57,625 nt of DNA from a virus (taxonomy: Duplodnaviria; Caudoviricetes), in the IMG/VR virus record IMGVR_UViG_3300036770_005327, positions 1-57,625 of that record; one strand, written 5' to 3'. This document shows, piece by piece, positions 20,432-29,496 of the stretch (its first letter is position 1; each line of letters starts with the position of its first letter). Under the pieces are notes generated by a model. It saw only the letters and a list, made by a program, of their open reading frames with translations, had not been told where the DNA came from and did not search any database. The position numbers and the translations under genes are program-made.

Positions 20432-20776
20432 TTAAATTATTTTTCTGACAAAGATGGAAAACATCCCAGCTGGCTTACCAATCAATGACTTATCAACTTT
20501 TACAAACCGGCCATCAACAACCTGAAAATCATTGGCGATCACTGTTGCTTCAGGTGGCAGTATCACCAGAATCGGTTGGCTGCCAGTCAGGTTTCTGAAA
20601 ACCCGTTTTAGCATAAATATTTCGGCACTCGCATCAACCAATGACTGCGCCAGTGTCGTGGATGTTGCTGCAGCAGCTGCGCAACCGTTGCACCCCTTAG
20701 GGGCTGGAAGTTCTGCCTTTACCGGCGGCGGTGCAAACGACAACAACGACTTAACTACTTTTTTGATAATGTTCAA
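20432..20776 (-). CDS. Hypothetical protein
   Basis: 114-aa ORF coupled to the Q-like gene. Confidence 0.55.
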   Translation of the reverse strand: MNIIKKVVKSLLSFAPPPVKAELPAPKGCNGCAAAAATSTTLAQSLVDASAEIFMLKRVFRNLTGSQPILVILPPEATVIANDFQVVDGRFVKVDKSLIGKPAGMFSIFVRKII

Positions 20777-21120
20777 ATTCGCTCCTGTATAAACTTTTTG
20801 GCACTTTGCAGATGCCGCTGATACGTCCTTAAGGACAGTTCCAACGCGACAGCCCGATCGAGCTGGCGATAACTGGCAAAGTGCCGGCTGTACTCAGCCC
20901 GGATTACTTTTGCCTGAACGGGTTGCTTTACAGCCAGGGTACACACGGCAGATTCGATATCTGATTCGATACACTCAGAAACATCAGGCGAGCGCGGACC
21001 AAAGTTGCCTCTGGTGCCGGCATTGAGAAAATGGGTCACTTGCTGCTTAGCTGGCATGAGCCGGCCGCTTTCAACCCAAGCCGCCCACTGATGTAAAAGC
21101 GTATCGAAGTTATCTGCCAT
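20773..21120 (-). CDS. Late antitermination protein Q-like
   Basis: Start MADNFDTLLHQWAAW after AGGAG; IESAV and C-terminal HTH (RAVALELSLRTYQRHLQSA); upstream of a promoter-terminator pair and the lysis genes. Confidence 0.7.
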   Translation of the reverse strand: MADNFDTLLHQWAAWVESGRLMPAKQQVTHFLNAGTRGNFGPRSPDVSECIESDIESAVCTLAVKQPVQAKVIRAEYSRHFASYRQLDRAVALELSLRTYQRHLQSAKKFIQERI

Positions 21121-21523
21121 CTTTTCTCCTGGCGCGGCCTGACTGTTTGTAGTGCACGAGGATCTGCGAAAATATTTCATCACAGGGCTGAAAGTTGCGA
21201 TTGGGTTCGCTTCGGTCAGTGATCAGGTAATGTCCTGGCTTAATCGGAATGGTTCGGCTCATAGTGCCGTCACAGTGACAGATGTACGCATTGCGACTTT
21301 CGAGCCAAGCAAGCTCTGCAAGGGTTTTGATATTGCCAATGAGAACCCTTCGGGCGCGGACTTTGCCTGGATTAAACATCTGCCTTAAGCAGTTCAATCT
21401 CAGCTCGTCACTGACATCGGGGATCACTGAAAATACCCCGTAAACGTCCAGTAACTTGTGTAGCTGCAACAGGATAGACTGCTGAGCTTCGCGGCTTGCG
21501 CCAACCAATCCAATAATCAACAA
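21110..21523 (-). CDS. Degenerate P-loop NMP-kinase-like protein
   Basis: MLIIGLVG start and VLIGNIKTLAELAWL resemble the dNMP kinase fold, but there is no intact GKS/T. Confidence 0.45.
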   Translation of the reverse strand: MLIIGLVGASREAQQSILLQLHKLLDVYGVFSVIPDVSDELRLNCLRQMFNPGKVRARRVLIGNIKTLAELAWLESRNAYICHCDGTMSRTIPIKPGHYLITDRSEPNRNFQPCDEIFSQILVHYKQSGRARRKDGR

Positions 21524-21524
21524 A

Positions 21525-21553
21525 TCAAATTGAGCCTGAATAAATCAAATTGC
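21525..21553. promoter_or_regulatory. Paired operator box 2
   Basis: TCAAATTGA-N11-TCAAATTGC, just downstream of the leftward promoter TTGAAA-N17-TAACTT (21558-21586). Confidence 0.7.
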
Positions 21554-21665
21554 GCTTAAGTTAGCCGCGAACAGCCTTTTTTTCAACGTAAAATGTTAAT
21601 TTTTACATTCAACGTGATATATTTTTAAATGCTGTCGTACAAAAACAACTGGGGCGAACAAAAAA

Positions 21666-22289
21666 ATGAGTTCGATGCTGAACAACGACGAGTTGCGCTT
21701 GCATGCAACTAAAGTTTTTAATGAGTATTACGAAATTTACTGCCGAAGATATCTGTCTGATTTACCCAAGATCACAGACGATGTTTTTGCGCAGCATATT
21801 CACTACAAAACAGGCTTCGAAATTCAGCCAACAACATTGCGTCAGTATCGCAATGGTGCGCGTTTCAAGGTCCAGTTTTACATCATCATTTCCCAGCTGT
21901 TTCAAGTGCCTGTGGCTCATTTCCTAATGCCGGCCAATGAAGCGGCTTTAGACTTTGATAACCAGCTGAAAAACTTATATATCCCAATTAAGGATTTTCA
22001 GACCGGTGCTATCATCGCCATGCTGGAACCTGAGCGCGCTATGATGATTGGTGTATCGCAAAACACGAAAGGGTTGGTGATCACCAAGAGCAACTGCGAA
22101 AGCTCGGGGTACATTCCTGGACAAATTGCTCTGATAGACACCAGCATTAATCACGTCACCGCATCGGGTGATTACATCCGGATGTTAAAAGACAGCCCGA
22201 CTGTGATCAGCTTCCAGTTGCCAAAGGCCACAGTATTGGATGACTCACTGCCGCCACTGGCCGGCAAGGTCATTGGCCGCATCGGATAA
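21666..22289 (+). CDS. CI-like repressor candidate (XRE-like HTH plus degenerate S24-like C-domain)
   Basis: TTLRQYRNGAR...IISQLFQVPVAHFL HTH; C-terminal GQIALIDT...LAGKVIG; divergent from the Q operon. Confidence 0.6.
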   Translation: MSSMLNNDELRLHATKVFNEYYEIYCRRYLSDLPKITDDVFAQHIHYKTGFEIQPTTLRQYRNGARFKVQFYIIISQLFQVPVAHFLMPANEAALDFDNQLKNLYIPIKDFQTGAIIAMLEPERAMMIGVSQNTKGLVITKSNCESSGYIPGQIALIDTSINHVTASGDYIRMLKDSPTVISFQLPKATVLDDSLPPLAGKVIGRIG

Positions 22290-22292
22290 AAC

Positions 22293-22315
22293 AAAGGGGC
22301 GTTAAGCCCCTTTTT
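22293..22315. terminator. Bidirectional terminator
   Basis: AAAGGGGC-gttaa-GCCCCTTTTT between convergent genes. Confidence 0.85.
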
Positions 22316-22330
22316 CATACCTGAGTTTTA

Positions 22331-22870
22331 TTACTCAACAAGACACCAGTCACTGGCCAGCATATCGGTTTGGCTGGCAAGCCAACCCATGAGAATTTCA
22401 CCGGTTGCTGTTTTCATCGTGATACACGGCAACACCTTGGCGCTTCCGCCGTTTTGACGGGCGTACTCACTGTTATTTTCAGACCAGAAGTTTTCGAAGG
22501 CAATTTCACGAGTGCCAGCTGCTGCGTCACCGCCTGGATTACAAGACAACGATAACCACATACCTTTGCCATTCCAACCAGAACGGGCAACCTTTTTGCC
22601 TTCCTTAAGAGCTCTCAGCGCAAAGCCGAAGTCCAGATCTGATGTCTGCTTATAAGCGCGCTCGAACACATTTTTAGCCGACCAGCTGATATAACCCTCA
22701 AAATCAGGATGATTCGGCTTTTCACCATCGAGCCATTCAATCAGGCAACCGTCTTCACTCGGGTTTTCATCTTCTGGAACGGGCAAACCAAGCAACTGGT
22801 AGTATGCCTGCCGGTTCATAGCATACGTTTTAACAATCTTGGTCATGAAATACATACTGGTTGCACGCAT
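22331..22870 (-). CDS. DUF2829 / Tad2-like anti-defence sponge protein with an extra N-terminal domain
   Basis: FGFALRALKEGKKVARSGWNGKGMWL...WLASQTDMLASDW; N-terminal GYISWSAKNVFERAY domain. Confidence 0.85.
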   Translation of the reverse strand: MRATSMYFMTKIVKTYAMNRQAYYQLLGLPVPEDENPSEDGCLIEWLDGEKPNHPDFEGYISWSAKNVFERAYKQTSDLDFGFALRALKEGKKVARSGWNGKGMWLSLSCNPGGDAAAGTREIAFENFWSENNSEYARQNGGSAKVLPCITMKTATGEILMGWLASQTDMLASDWCLVE

Positions 22871-22872
22871 AA

Positions 22873-23343
22873 CTACCGCCCTACTCCTTCTTCAACCCTA
22901 ACCCAATCACATGCCATGATGTCCACTCCATCCATGACCCAAGGCTTCGTTATATCGCCTGACTTAAACTGAAAAAATGGAATCTCGCTAAACCGGAAGC
23001 CTGCAACTACTTTTATTCCCCAGCCGTCAGGCCAAGATTGACGCTTCACACGATAACCAGAGCGCAATAATTCAAGCGCATCACCGAAGGTTAAACCTTC
23101 ATTTCGTCTGTAGAAGTGTTCAAACTTATCTGGTTCGACAAATTCAAATTCTGTAATGGTTTTGTGCGGGTCAAAATCTTTGACTAAATATCCCCGAACA
23201 GCTGTATCGTTTTTCACAAAGCAAGTTTCGCTTGGGAATAAAGTTTTATACTCACGCTGACTAACTGGGCGCGCTTGAACTACTTTTGCAGCTCTGGTTA
23301 TGTACAACTCATCAATTTCTTGCTTACTTACGCCTTCACTCAT
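22873..23343 (-). CDS. Divergent DUF2829 / Tad2-like paralogue
   Basis: LTFGDALELLRSGYRVKRQSW...PWVMDGVDIMACDW; same two-domain layout as its neighbour. Confidence 0.7.
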   Translation of the reverse strand: MSEGVSKQEIDELYITRAAKVVQARPVSQREYKTLFPSETCFVKNDTAVRGYLVKDFDPHKTITEFEFVEPDKFEHFYRRNEGLTFGDALELLRSGYRVKRQSWPDGWGIKVVAGFRFSEIPFFQFKSGDITKPWVMDGVDIMACDWVRVEEGVGR

Positions 23344-23699
23344 TGAATCACCTGATTGTTATGGTTGGCATTCAAGGCCTTTAAGGCCGCTATCGCGGCG
23401 TTTCTTTCATCTTTATTATCATTGGCAATCGCTCTAATAAGCGTTTGCGTGGTCTGTGCATATTCTTGCACTACTACATTCAGCAACATAAATTGGCGTG
23501 ATAACGCATGTGAAATTTCCGCAGGTACGCCGAACTGAACGATATGAGCTGACTTCTCCTGCCACTCAATCACCTGTTCCTCAGTTTCACATTTTGCAGC
23601 CAGGGCGATATGCTCAATTAAGACTGCAATATGAGCGTTCAAACTTTCGATAACCATGTCTTTGTTGTGCTCTGGAATAACGTATTTCTCATTGGCCAT
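23340..23699 (-). CDS. Hypothetical protein
   Basis: 119-aa ORF in the leftward operon. Confidence 0.6.
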   Translation of the reverse strand: MANEKYVIPEHNKDMVIESLNAHIAVLIEHIALAAKCETEEQVIEWQEKSAHIVQFGVPAEISHALSRQFMLLNVVVQEYAQTTQTLIRAIANDNKDERNAAIAALKALNANHNNQVIQ

Positions 23700-23749
23700 G
23701 ACCTAATTCTCCTAAGTTTGAGCGCTTCGCTTTGTTCGCTCTCTAGCCG

Positions 23750-24508
23750 TTACGCTTTTTTTTCAGCTGCATCTAAAATTTCTTCAAGTAATGCAGCCAT
23801 ATATCCCGGCGCTTTACATCCTAGTTTTTGTTGTATTTTTTCAGCTATTTCGTAGTCTTCTTTTAAAACCATCGCTCCATTCATATCTTTTAAAATAGTA
23901 AACCACTGACAGACACGTTGCAGTTCTCTCAGATTAAGCGCGCCAACAATAGTTGAAAAAATCTCAAGCCCTGGCTCAATTACAATCGTTTCTTCTGCTG
24001 ACATCCCAAAGTTGCCATTTGGATTTTCATCACTGTGCAATCCTTTGCGATACTCATCAATCGCTTTGCAAATATAGGGGGCCATTTTGTTATCTCCACA
24101 CTCACGCTTGGTGATTTGTAAAGTTACAATTCTGTCCCAATCCTTTTGTTGTGAAGTGTGGTTATTAATTTTGGTTTCTATTCGACGTGTTATGCGATGA
24201 GTAACCTTGGGCATAACACACAATTTGAAAGGGATGTATGCCAACAACAACGAATACATAGTTCGGCCGTGGTGCATTAATTCAGGCTCAGCAGTCGTTA
24301 CTATTGCCAAATTTGACGTCATCAGTGAAATCAAGACATCAGGATCTGTTGCGTCTTCCAGCCAAGGAACTGCGATTGCGGTTGCACGATCATCAGAGTC
24401 TAATGTGTCGTCAGAAACAGCAAGTGCGTAGCCGTGTTCTGCTAACATCTTAGACATCAGCGAGTAAGTACCTAAGTAATTTCCACTATCTTTTTTACTG
24501 CTCAACAT
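23750..24508 (-). CDS. Hypothetical protein
   Basis: 252-aa ORF overlapping the upstream gene. Confidence 0.6.
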   Translation of the reverse strand: MLSSKKDSGNYLGTYSLMSKMLAEHGYALAVSDDTLDSDDRATAIAVPWLEDATDPDVLISLMTSNLAIVTTAEPELMHHGRTMYSLLLAYIPFKLCVMPKVTHRITRRIETKINNHTSQQKDWDRIVTLQITKRECGDNKMAPYICKAIDEYRKGLHSDENPNGNFGMSAEETIVIEPGLEIFSTIVGALNLRELQRVCQWFTILKDMNGAMVLKEDYEIAEKIQQKLGCKAPGYMAALLEEILDAAEKKA

Positions 24509-24887
24509 TAATATCCTTCATCTTCTCTGCATAAACCAATTCAGCCAGCGCCTTACCGTCATCAGACAAAGCGAACGCCAGCTGCAACGAACTGCTGCGA
24601 TACTTGAGTAGCAGCTGACGATCAACCAACGTATGACAACTAGCCCTGAAGTTGGTTGGTGCTATCTTGTTGTCACGGCGCTTATTGATAATCGCCAGTA
24701 TATCGACGCCTGGTATCGGCCCGGTCCTGCCCTTTTCACGTAACAGCTGCAGAACAAACAAAGTGTCGCGCTGAACGGCCGACAACCTGCCCTTATTCAT
24801 GTTAGACATGATTAGCAGTTGCTTTCCTAGTCTTCGCCCTGCTATTACACAACTCGCTTCTGCATGCTGCTGGTTGTTCATTGGCAC
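24495..24887 (-). CDS. Winged-helix-like plasmid protein
   Basis: RLSAVQRDTLFVL...NFRASCHTL...LQLAFALSDDG; true start is probably one of the internal Met codons. Confidence 0.55.
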   Translation of the reverse strand: MPMNNQQHAEASCVIAGRRLGKQLLIMSNMNKGRLSAVQRDTLFVLQLLREKGRTGPIPGVDILAIINKRRDNKIAPTNFRASCHTLVDRQLLLKYRSSSLQLAFALSDDGKALAELVYAEKMKDINVEQ

Positions 24888-24889
24888 CC

Positions 24890-25189
24890 TTATTCATTTT
24901 TGACATGAATAGTTGAACCCATCAAAGGCATCAACTTTTTCATTTCACTGAGCTTTGCATGAAACTTTCGCTCGTAATCACAAAGCAAAGCATCAGCAAC
25001 TTCAACCCATTTTTCGCCATGCTGTTCGACCAGTCTTGATGCCCAGTGAATAAAGACCGCTTGTTCGTACTCAGCATTTGCACGTACAGGTGCATATACT
25101 CCTGTCCGGATCAGCACTTGAGCAATTCTGGCACACGCGAAGTTAGGCCGGCCAAGCACTGATATTTGCTCTTTCGATAGTTCAATCAT
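24890..25189 (-). CDS. Hypothetical phage protein
   Basis: 99 aa; LGRPNFACARIAQVL...AEYEQAVFIHW...GEKW. Confidence 0.65.
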   Translation of the reverse strand: MIELSKEQISVLGRPNFACARIAQVLIRTGVYAPVRANAEYEQAVFIHWASRLVEQHGEKWVEVADALLCDYERKFHAKLSEMKKLMPLMGSTIHVKNE

Positions 25190-25499
25190 GCTTTTCCTCC
25201 GCTATTTCGCAAAGTTGTAGGATTCTAACTGGCGAGTAACTTCTGTTTGTTTCAATCAGCTTGCGTACTGCGGATTCAATATCTTTGAAGATATGCGCTT
25301 TGCTTACATCATCTGTCCAGTAATTAGCTTTGCCTTCTCCGGCACTCGATTCGTAATAAACCGTTTCTGGATTATCCAGCACCATCGCACCGCTGGCGTC
25401 TTTAACTACGTCATTATTTCCGTCAAACTTAAAATCACCAGAAGGTGCCGCCAGGACAAAGTGACCAGTCACAGGTTTTAAGGTCGTCATAATCTGCAA
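25182..25499 (-). CDS. Hypothetical protein
   Basis: 105-aa ORF in the operon. Confidence 0.55.
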   Translation of the reverse strand: MQIMTTLKPVTGHFVLAAPSGDFKFDGNNDVVKDASGAMVLDNPETVYYESSAGEGKANYWTDDVSKAHIFKDIESAVRKLIETNRSYSPVRILQLCEIAEEKHD

Positions 25500-25516
25500 T
25501 TTCCTGTAATGTAATG

Positions 25517-25855
25517 CTACTCTTTGATATCTATAAAAATATTCGCAGACATTGTTGATACATCACCTTTAACACTCTTAGCTATTACTGTGCCGGACAT
25601 GGTTTTAACAGAACCGTTAACTGACCTACATCGAACTGCTGCAGTCATAGTTTTTACCGACCCGCAATCGCCTCGTACATTCACCATGTCAGCATGATCA
25701 ACTGATAGAACCTGAACATTTCCAACAATGTGGATCGAGATATCTTTTGCGTCAGGTGTAACGTCCTGCCCGTCAACAATTAATTTCCCGCCCGATACAC
25801 TGACATTTCTGCCGCCAGTAATAGTGACACCGTTAATTCGGATCGAATTTGTCAT
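25517..25855 (-). CDS. Small beta-solenoid (DUF4097-like) protein
   Basis: Repeated GSVKTM / GDVSTM units. Confidence 0.6.
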   Translation of the reverse strand: MTNSIRINGVTITGGRNVSVSGGKLIVDGQDVTPDAKDISIHIVGNVQVLSVDHADMVNVRGDCGSVKTMTAAVRCRSVNGSVKTMSGTVIAKSVKGDVSTMSANIFIDIKE

Positions 25856-25867
25856 GTCTTTTTTATC

Positions 25868-26263
25868 CTATTTCGCGTGATAGCAATGTAATTTCAAACC
25901 ACTGCGCAGCCTTGCGCCAGTCATAGTTGTTTGCCAGCCGCAACGGCACACAACTTTGTAAATTGCCTTTCTGTGCTCATTGGTGCCCAAATCATCCATA
26001 ACGATATATGAACCGAACCGCTCGCCTCGCTCTAACTTCTTCCGGCTTTTAGAACCAAGCTCTTTAGCAAGCTCAGTCCTGAGACAGCCGCAAGATGTTC
26101 TGAGCTTTCGCCTTAAATGACTTGCGGCTGCTTCGGTCTTAGCGCCGCACTGGCACAAGCATTGATACATAACGTGAGTGCCGTTCTCAGCGCCACGAGA
26201 CATACCGATGACGGTCAATCGTCCAAACACTTCCCCTTCACAAACCGGAATGTGCCTACTCAT
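25868..26263 (-). CDS. Cys-rich DNA-binding-like protein (HNH/AP2-associated modules, no nuclease domain)
   Basis: Two copies of GE.FG...V...C.CG; HLRRKLRTSCGCL. Confidence 0.6.
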   Translation of the reverse strand: MSRHIPVCEGEVFGRLTVIGMSRGAENGTHVMYQCLCQCGAKTEAAASHLRRKLRTSCGCLRTELAKELGSKSRKKLERGERFGSYIVMDDLGTNEHRKAIYKVVCRCGWQTTMTGARLRSGLKLHCYHAK

Positions 26264-26322
26264 GACACGTAACTTAAATCTTTGTCTTCCTGGTACTGGG
26301 CATTAATGCTCATATCACCCGC

Positions 26323-26592
26323 CTAAAGTTGTGTGTTATCTACCAACTTTGATAACTCTTTGCGCTCAATTTGCTTCAGTTCTTCGTAGAGCCTGGCAAT
26401 TTTATTGAGCCGCTTAAACGCCTTGCACAAGTTGCCAGCGTCTACGCCGTTAAGAACAGCAGCTGATTCGCGGGTGAAACCACGAACCACATGGTCAAAC
26501 AAGGCCTGCTTCATCGCGGCTTCGTTCCTCGTGAACTCCATTAGCTTATTCAGCTTCTCAGCTGACACTGTTCCACGGCATAGATAGTTCAT
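26323..26592 (-). CDS. PapB/FocB-family transcriptional regulator
   Basis: GTVSAEKL..L.......MKQALFDHVVRGFTRESAAVLNGVDAGNL...FKRLN. Confidence 0.7.
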   Translation of the reverse strand: MNYLCRGTVSAEKLNKLMEFTRNEAAMKQALFDHVVRGFTRESAAVLNGVDAGNLCKAFKRLNKIARLYEELKQIERKELSKLVDNTQL

Positions 26593-26825
26593 CGCTGCAT
26601 CACCTGGTACTCTTTGATCAACCGGTTCAGCTCACTTCTGACCTGCTCACGCATTGAGTCTGGCAACTTCTCCAGCGCCTCAACAACCTGTTCACGGGTC
26701 ATCTGACCGATGCGGCGCTTATTAAATAATTCTTTTGCACGTAAGTTTGCTCGATACAGCTGCGCCTGCCTTGCCTTTTGCCCTACCAAAGATGATCGGC
26801 TGAACTGGCGACTGCTGTACGTCAT
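26589..26825 (-). CDS. Hypothetical basic protein (weak DUF3283/HolE-like pattern)
   Basis: 78 aa; GQMTREQV...LPDSMREQVRSELN. Confidence 0.45.
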   Translation of the reverse strand: MTYSSRQFSRSSLVGQKARQAQLYRANLRAKELFNKRRIGQMTREQVVEALEKLPDSMREQVRSELNRLIKEYQVMQR

Positions 26826-27085
26826 TGTTTATTGTTACCTCTGTAGTGATTAACCAGACGCTGGCTGTCATCGCGCTTGCGTGTGTACACTTTCAAAATT
26901 GTGTAAAGACACATGGCCAATAGACAAACCAGCAACAGCCAGCCAACGGTTTTGCCAAAATGGCCAATCACCCAGTCCGCGGTAAAAGCAATGTAAGAAC
27001 CAGCAGCCAGGATCCAGAACATCCAGCTTTTTAACGTCAAGGCACTGCCGGCTACGGCACTTCGCCACCACAACTTTATTCCCAT
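26822..27085 (-). CDS. Small membrane protein (2 TM)
   Basis: Likely start MGIKLWW after GGAAGG; two hydrophobic segments. Confidence 0.5.
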   Translation of the reverse strand: MGIKLWWRSAVAGSALTLKSWMFWILAAGSYIAFTADWVIGHFGKTVGWLLLVCLLAMCLYTILKVYTRKRDDSQRLVNHYRGNNKQ

Positions 27086-27423
27086 GCTCACCTTCCATCG
27101 TTCGCCAGGCATTCGCCCTGGCGCAGCCACAAAAAGCCGGGATTGCTGAAAACAGCATCATGCCAACAAAATCCGGCCAGTTTTTAGCAGTTGGGTAATC
27201 TATCCGTTTCTAACCCTTTTGCTTACCCTTACATATGTTCCACGGAAAAAACCAAACAACGCCAAGCACTTATCACAACATTTCAGCGTTTTGGTATCGC
27301 TCAATAATTGTGCAAGCTACTACGTGTTTTTCCTGAACTACCGGAAAGGGTTCGCAAGGGTTTTGGATAGCACCAAACAAAATCAAAAACTCTTTACTTG
27401 AGTATTTGCAGGATATTAGCGGA

Positions 27424-27452
27424 TCAATTTGATTTGTAAAAGCTCAAAAGGA
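27424..27452. promoter_or_regulatory. Paired operator box 3
   Basis: TCAATTTGA-N11-TCAAAAGGA at the head of the leftward operon; overlapped by GATC sites. Confidence 0.65.
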
Positions 27453-27520
27453 TCCGAAACAAAATAAATCTAACAAGGATCAAACATTTTCGAGGAATGA
27501 AAAATGCGGATTTTTGGCAT

Positions 27521-27547
27521 AAAAAAACCCGCCGAAGCGGGATTTTT
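27521..27547. terminator. Rho-independent terminator
   Basis: A7-CCCGC-cgaa-GCGGG-ATTTTT. Confidence 0.85.
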
Positions 27548-27555
27548 AAGATGTC

Positions 27556-27858
27556 TTAACGTCGGTCTGGTGAGATGTAAGTTAGTTTCCAATCATCGTC
27601 GTGCTCGATTGGCTTTTCAAGCCGATAGAATGTAACTGTCCTTTTCATTAGATTTTGTCTGTAGTTAAATTCAAAACCTGAGCCAATGATATTTTCCAGC
27701 ACTCTGTCCGCAGGAGTGAAAAAGACTCCGTTATATTGGTATCCAGGTATCGCTAACAACAATCCTCTCTCAGAAACCTCAATACACTCGCCTGGCTTTA
27801 ACGATGACACCATTTTTATAACTTCTTTTGCTTCAGGTTTCATCGTGTTTACGGCCAA
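27556..27858 (-). CDS. Hypothetical protein
   Basis: 100-aa ORF ending before the terminator. Confidence 0.6.
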   Translation of the reverse strand: MAVNTMKPEAKEVIKMVSSLKPGECIEVSERGLLLAIPGYQYNGVFFTPADRVLENIIGSGFEFNYRQNLMKRTVTFYRLEKPIEHDDDWKLTYISPDRR

Positions 27859-28298
27859 ATTTTGTCTTTGAGCTTACTAACAACACGGTCCAAAAGGTCC
27901 AGCTCATTATCATTCAATCTGCGAACGCCATAGTCATGCGCTTTCAGCAACACGCATTCTTCATCTTGACTGAGTTCAACAGTTCTTTCTTTTCCGACCG
28001 CAAGGCCTTTGTAATATTCCAGTGATTTTTGCATTCCTGCAGTCTCCAATATGTTTTCTATGCTTTCTATCCTGTTAATAACAGGAATAATCATAGCGTT
28101 TTCAACGCTGATATCAGCAATGCCTTTCTCGGTCCGGCATCGATAGTAATTGCCGTAAAAGTTTGACCATTCCTCAACCAGCTCCAACTTTTCACCAACT
28201 TTAAAAGACTGCACTGTTAGTCCTGGGCGCGGATATTTTGTAATCTCGTGCTTGTCGCGTTCACACTCACAGTCTTGAGTTATAACAATTTGCGTCAT
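27849..28298 (-). CDS. Hypothetical protein (SH3-like N-terminus)
   Basis: 149 aa; FKVGEKLELVEEW...YYRCRTEKG. Confidence 0.6.
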   Translation of the reverse strand: MTQIVITQDCECERDKHEITKYPRPGLTVQSFKVGEKLELVEEWSNFYGNYYRCRTEKGIADISVENAMIIPVINRIESIENILETAGMQKSLEYYKGLAVGKERTVELSQDEECVLLKAHDYGVRRLNDNELDLLDRVVSKLKDKIWP

Positions 28299-28316
28299 TT
28301 TAATTATTCCGCTTGA

Positions 28317-28463
28317 TTAATAAGGCAACGTCACCATGCCATCATCTAAATCCGATTGCTCAGTTTCTGCTGGCGCTTCACAGCTTAAACAGTGGTGGCA
28401 AACTCTCATGCCAGTCGGCTTATCTTCGCCACAGCTGGGGCACGTTTCTAAATCTGCGTCCAT
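28317..28463 (-). CDS. Small zinc-ribbon protein (48 aa, below the ORF-track cutoff)
   Basis: Hand translation: MDADLETCPSCGEDKPTGMRVCHHCLSCEAPAETEQSDLDDGMVTLPY*; starts 3 bp after the upstream stop. Confidence 0.6.
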   Translation of the reverse strand: MDADLETCPSCGEDKPTGMRVCHHCLSCEAPAETEQSDLDDGMVTLPY

Positions 28464-28466
28464 GAC

Positions 28467-28799
28467 CTACTCCCATTTATCCCGCAACTGCTTCATGATG
28501 TCGCCATCAAAACCTTCGTCATTCATCCAGCGCGACGGCCACAGCTCATGCGCAACACAACCAGCTATCGCAACCTCTGCATGCGCGCGGTTTTCAGAAT
28601 CGAATTTGTAGATATTTTGCATATTAAATGGCGAACCATACTCCATTGACAACAGCAGTCGCGCCGCTGTCTCTGCACCACCGCCGGAATGCTCAATCGC
28701 TTGAGTAGCCAAATGATACGCAGACTGACCGCGCGTGCTGGAAGATAAGACAGCCTGGTATTTTGCCGCTTCTCTTTTTGCGTATTCTTCATAAGTCAT
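28467..28799 (-). CDS. Hypothetical mobile-element protein
   Basis: 110 aa; SGGGAETAARLLLSM..G..F......FD motif. Confidence 0.65.
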   Translation of the reverse strand: MTYEEYAKREAAKYQAVLSSSTRGQSAYHLATQAIEHSGGGAETAARLLLSMEYGSPFNMQNIYKFDSENRAHAEVAIAGCVAHELWPSRWMNDEGFDGDIMKQLRDKWE

Positions 28800-28819
28800 A
28801 AAATGCTCCGCATCTAAAA

Positions 28820-28848
28820 GAATTTCAAAAGTAATTCAAACGTATTTC
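28820..28848. repeat. Heptad array C (parS-like)
   Basis: GAATTTC, GTAATTC and GTATTTC at 28820, 28831 and 28842. Confidence 0.6.
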
Positions 28849-29044
28849 AAGTTGCCAGCTTTTCGGCAATTTCGGCTAATCGTTTATCAATGGCCGCTGA
28901 CTGCTCGATTAAGTGGTCACGCTCTTTGTTCAAGCCAGCAACACACTGGCAGTAAACAAAAAAATCAGCTTCAACGGCACTGGTTAACCAGCCTGTATCA
29001 TCACAATTGCTGCATTTCATCATCATCCTCCACCGGCGAGTCAA
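28847..29044 (-). CDS. Small zinc-finger protein
   Basis: CSNCDDTGW...YCQC; start probably at MMMK. Confidence 0.5.
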   Translation of the reverse strand: MTRRWRMMMKCSNCDDTGWLTSAVEADFFVYCQCVAGLNKERDHLIEQSAAIDKRLAEIAEKLAT

Positions 29045-29450
29045 CCACTGGACCTTTGCGCCAGAACGCTTTCGCGAAGTAGATGATGCAAAGCCTTTGC
29101 GGCAAGCTATAGCTATTTAATTGATCAATAAACGCAATAGCATCGGCCTTAGCCCCTAAAAACTCGGCTACTTGTGCATCGCACTGATAGCCTTCGCTGA
29201 CATGCCAGGCTAAAAGCCTCGCTTCTTCTTTCGGATCAGGATGCGGCATATAGCCGTTGTAGCAGCAGTACAGTGCACTCCATTGATTTGCAGATAGATC
29301 CGGCGTTAGCTCATTCACGATGATTGATACATGCTCTGCCATCGCATTGATTGATCCTGACCAGTTCATACCTTCACCGGCCACGTCCGAAAATGGTCGC
29401 AGCGCTTCGATAGTTGGGTCCGTTAAGCGTACTGATTTTTTAATTGCCAT
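29001..29450 (-). CDS. Hypothetical protein with an RHH-like N-terminus
   Basis: Likely start MAIKKSVRLTD after AAGGA. Confidence 0.6.
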   Translation of the reverse strand: MAIKKSVRLTDPTIEALRPFSDVAGEGMNWSGSINAMAEHVSIIVNELTPDLSANQWSALYCCYNGYMPHPDPKEEARLLAWHVSEGYQCDAQVAEFLGAKADAIAFIDQLNSYSLPQRLCIIYFAKAFWRKGPVVDSPVEDDDEMQQL

Positions 29451-29496
29451 GATTAAATCCTTATTAAAAAGCCGCCCGAAGGCGGCGTGCTGGTTG

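Noticed and set aside
20262-20776. Shiga toxin or another toxin gene at the 933W stx position
   Set aside because: The only ORF between Q and lysis is a 114-aa hypothetical with no toxin features
24495-24887. Actin-like ParM partition protein
   Set aside because: Far too short and lacks actin ATPase motifs; looks like a winged helix
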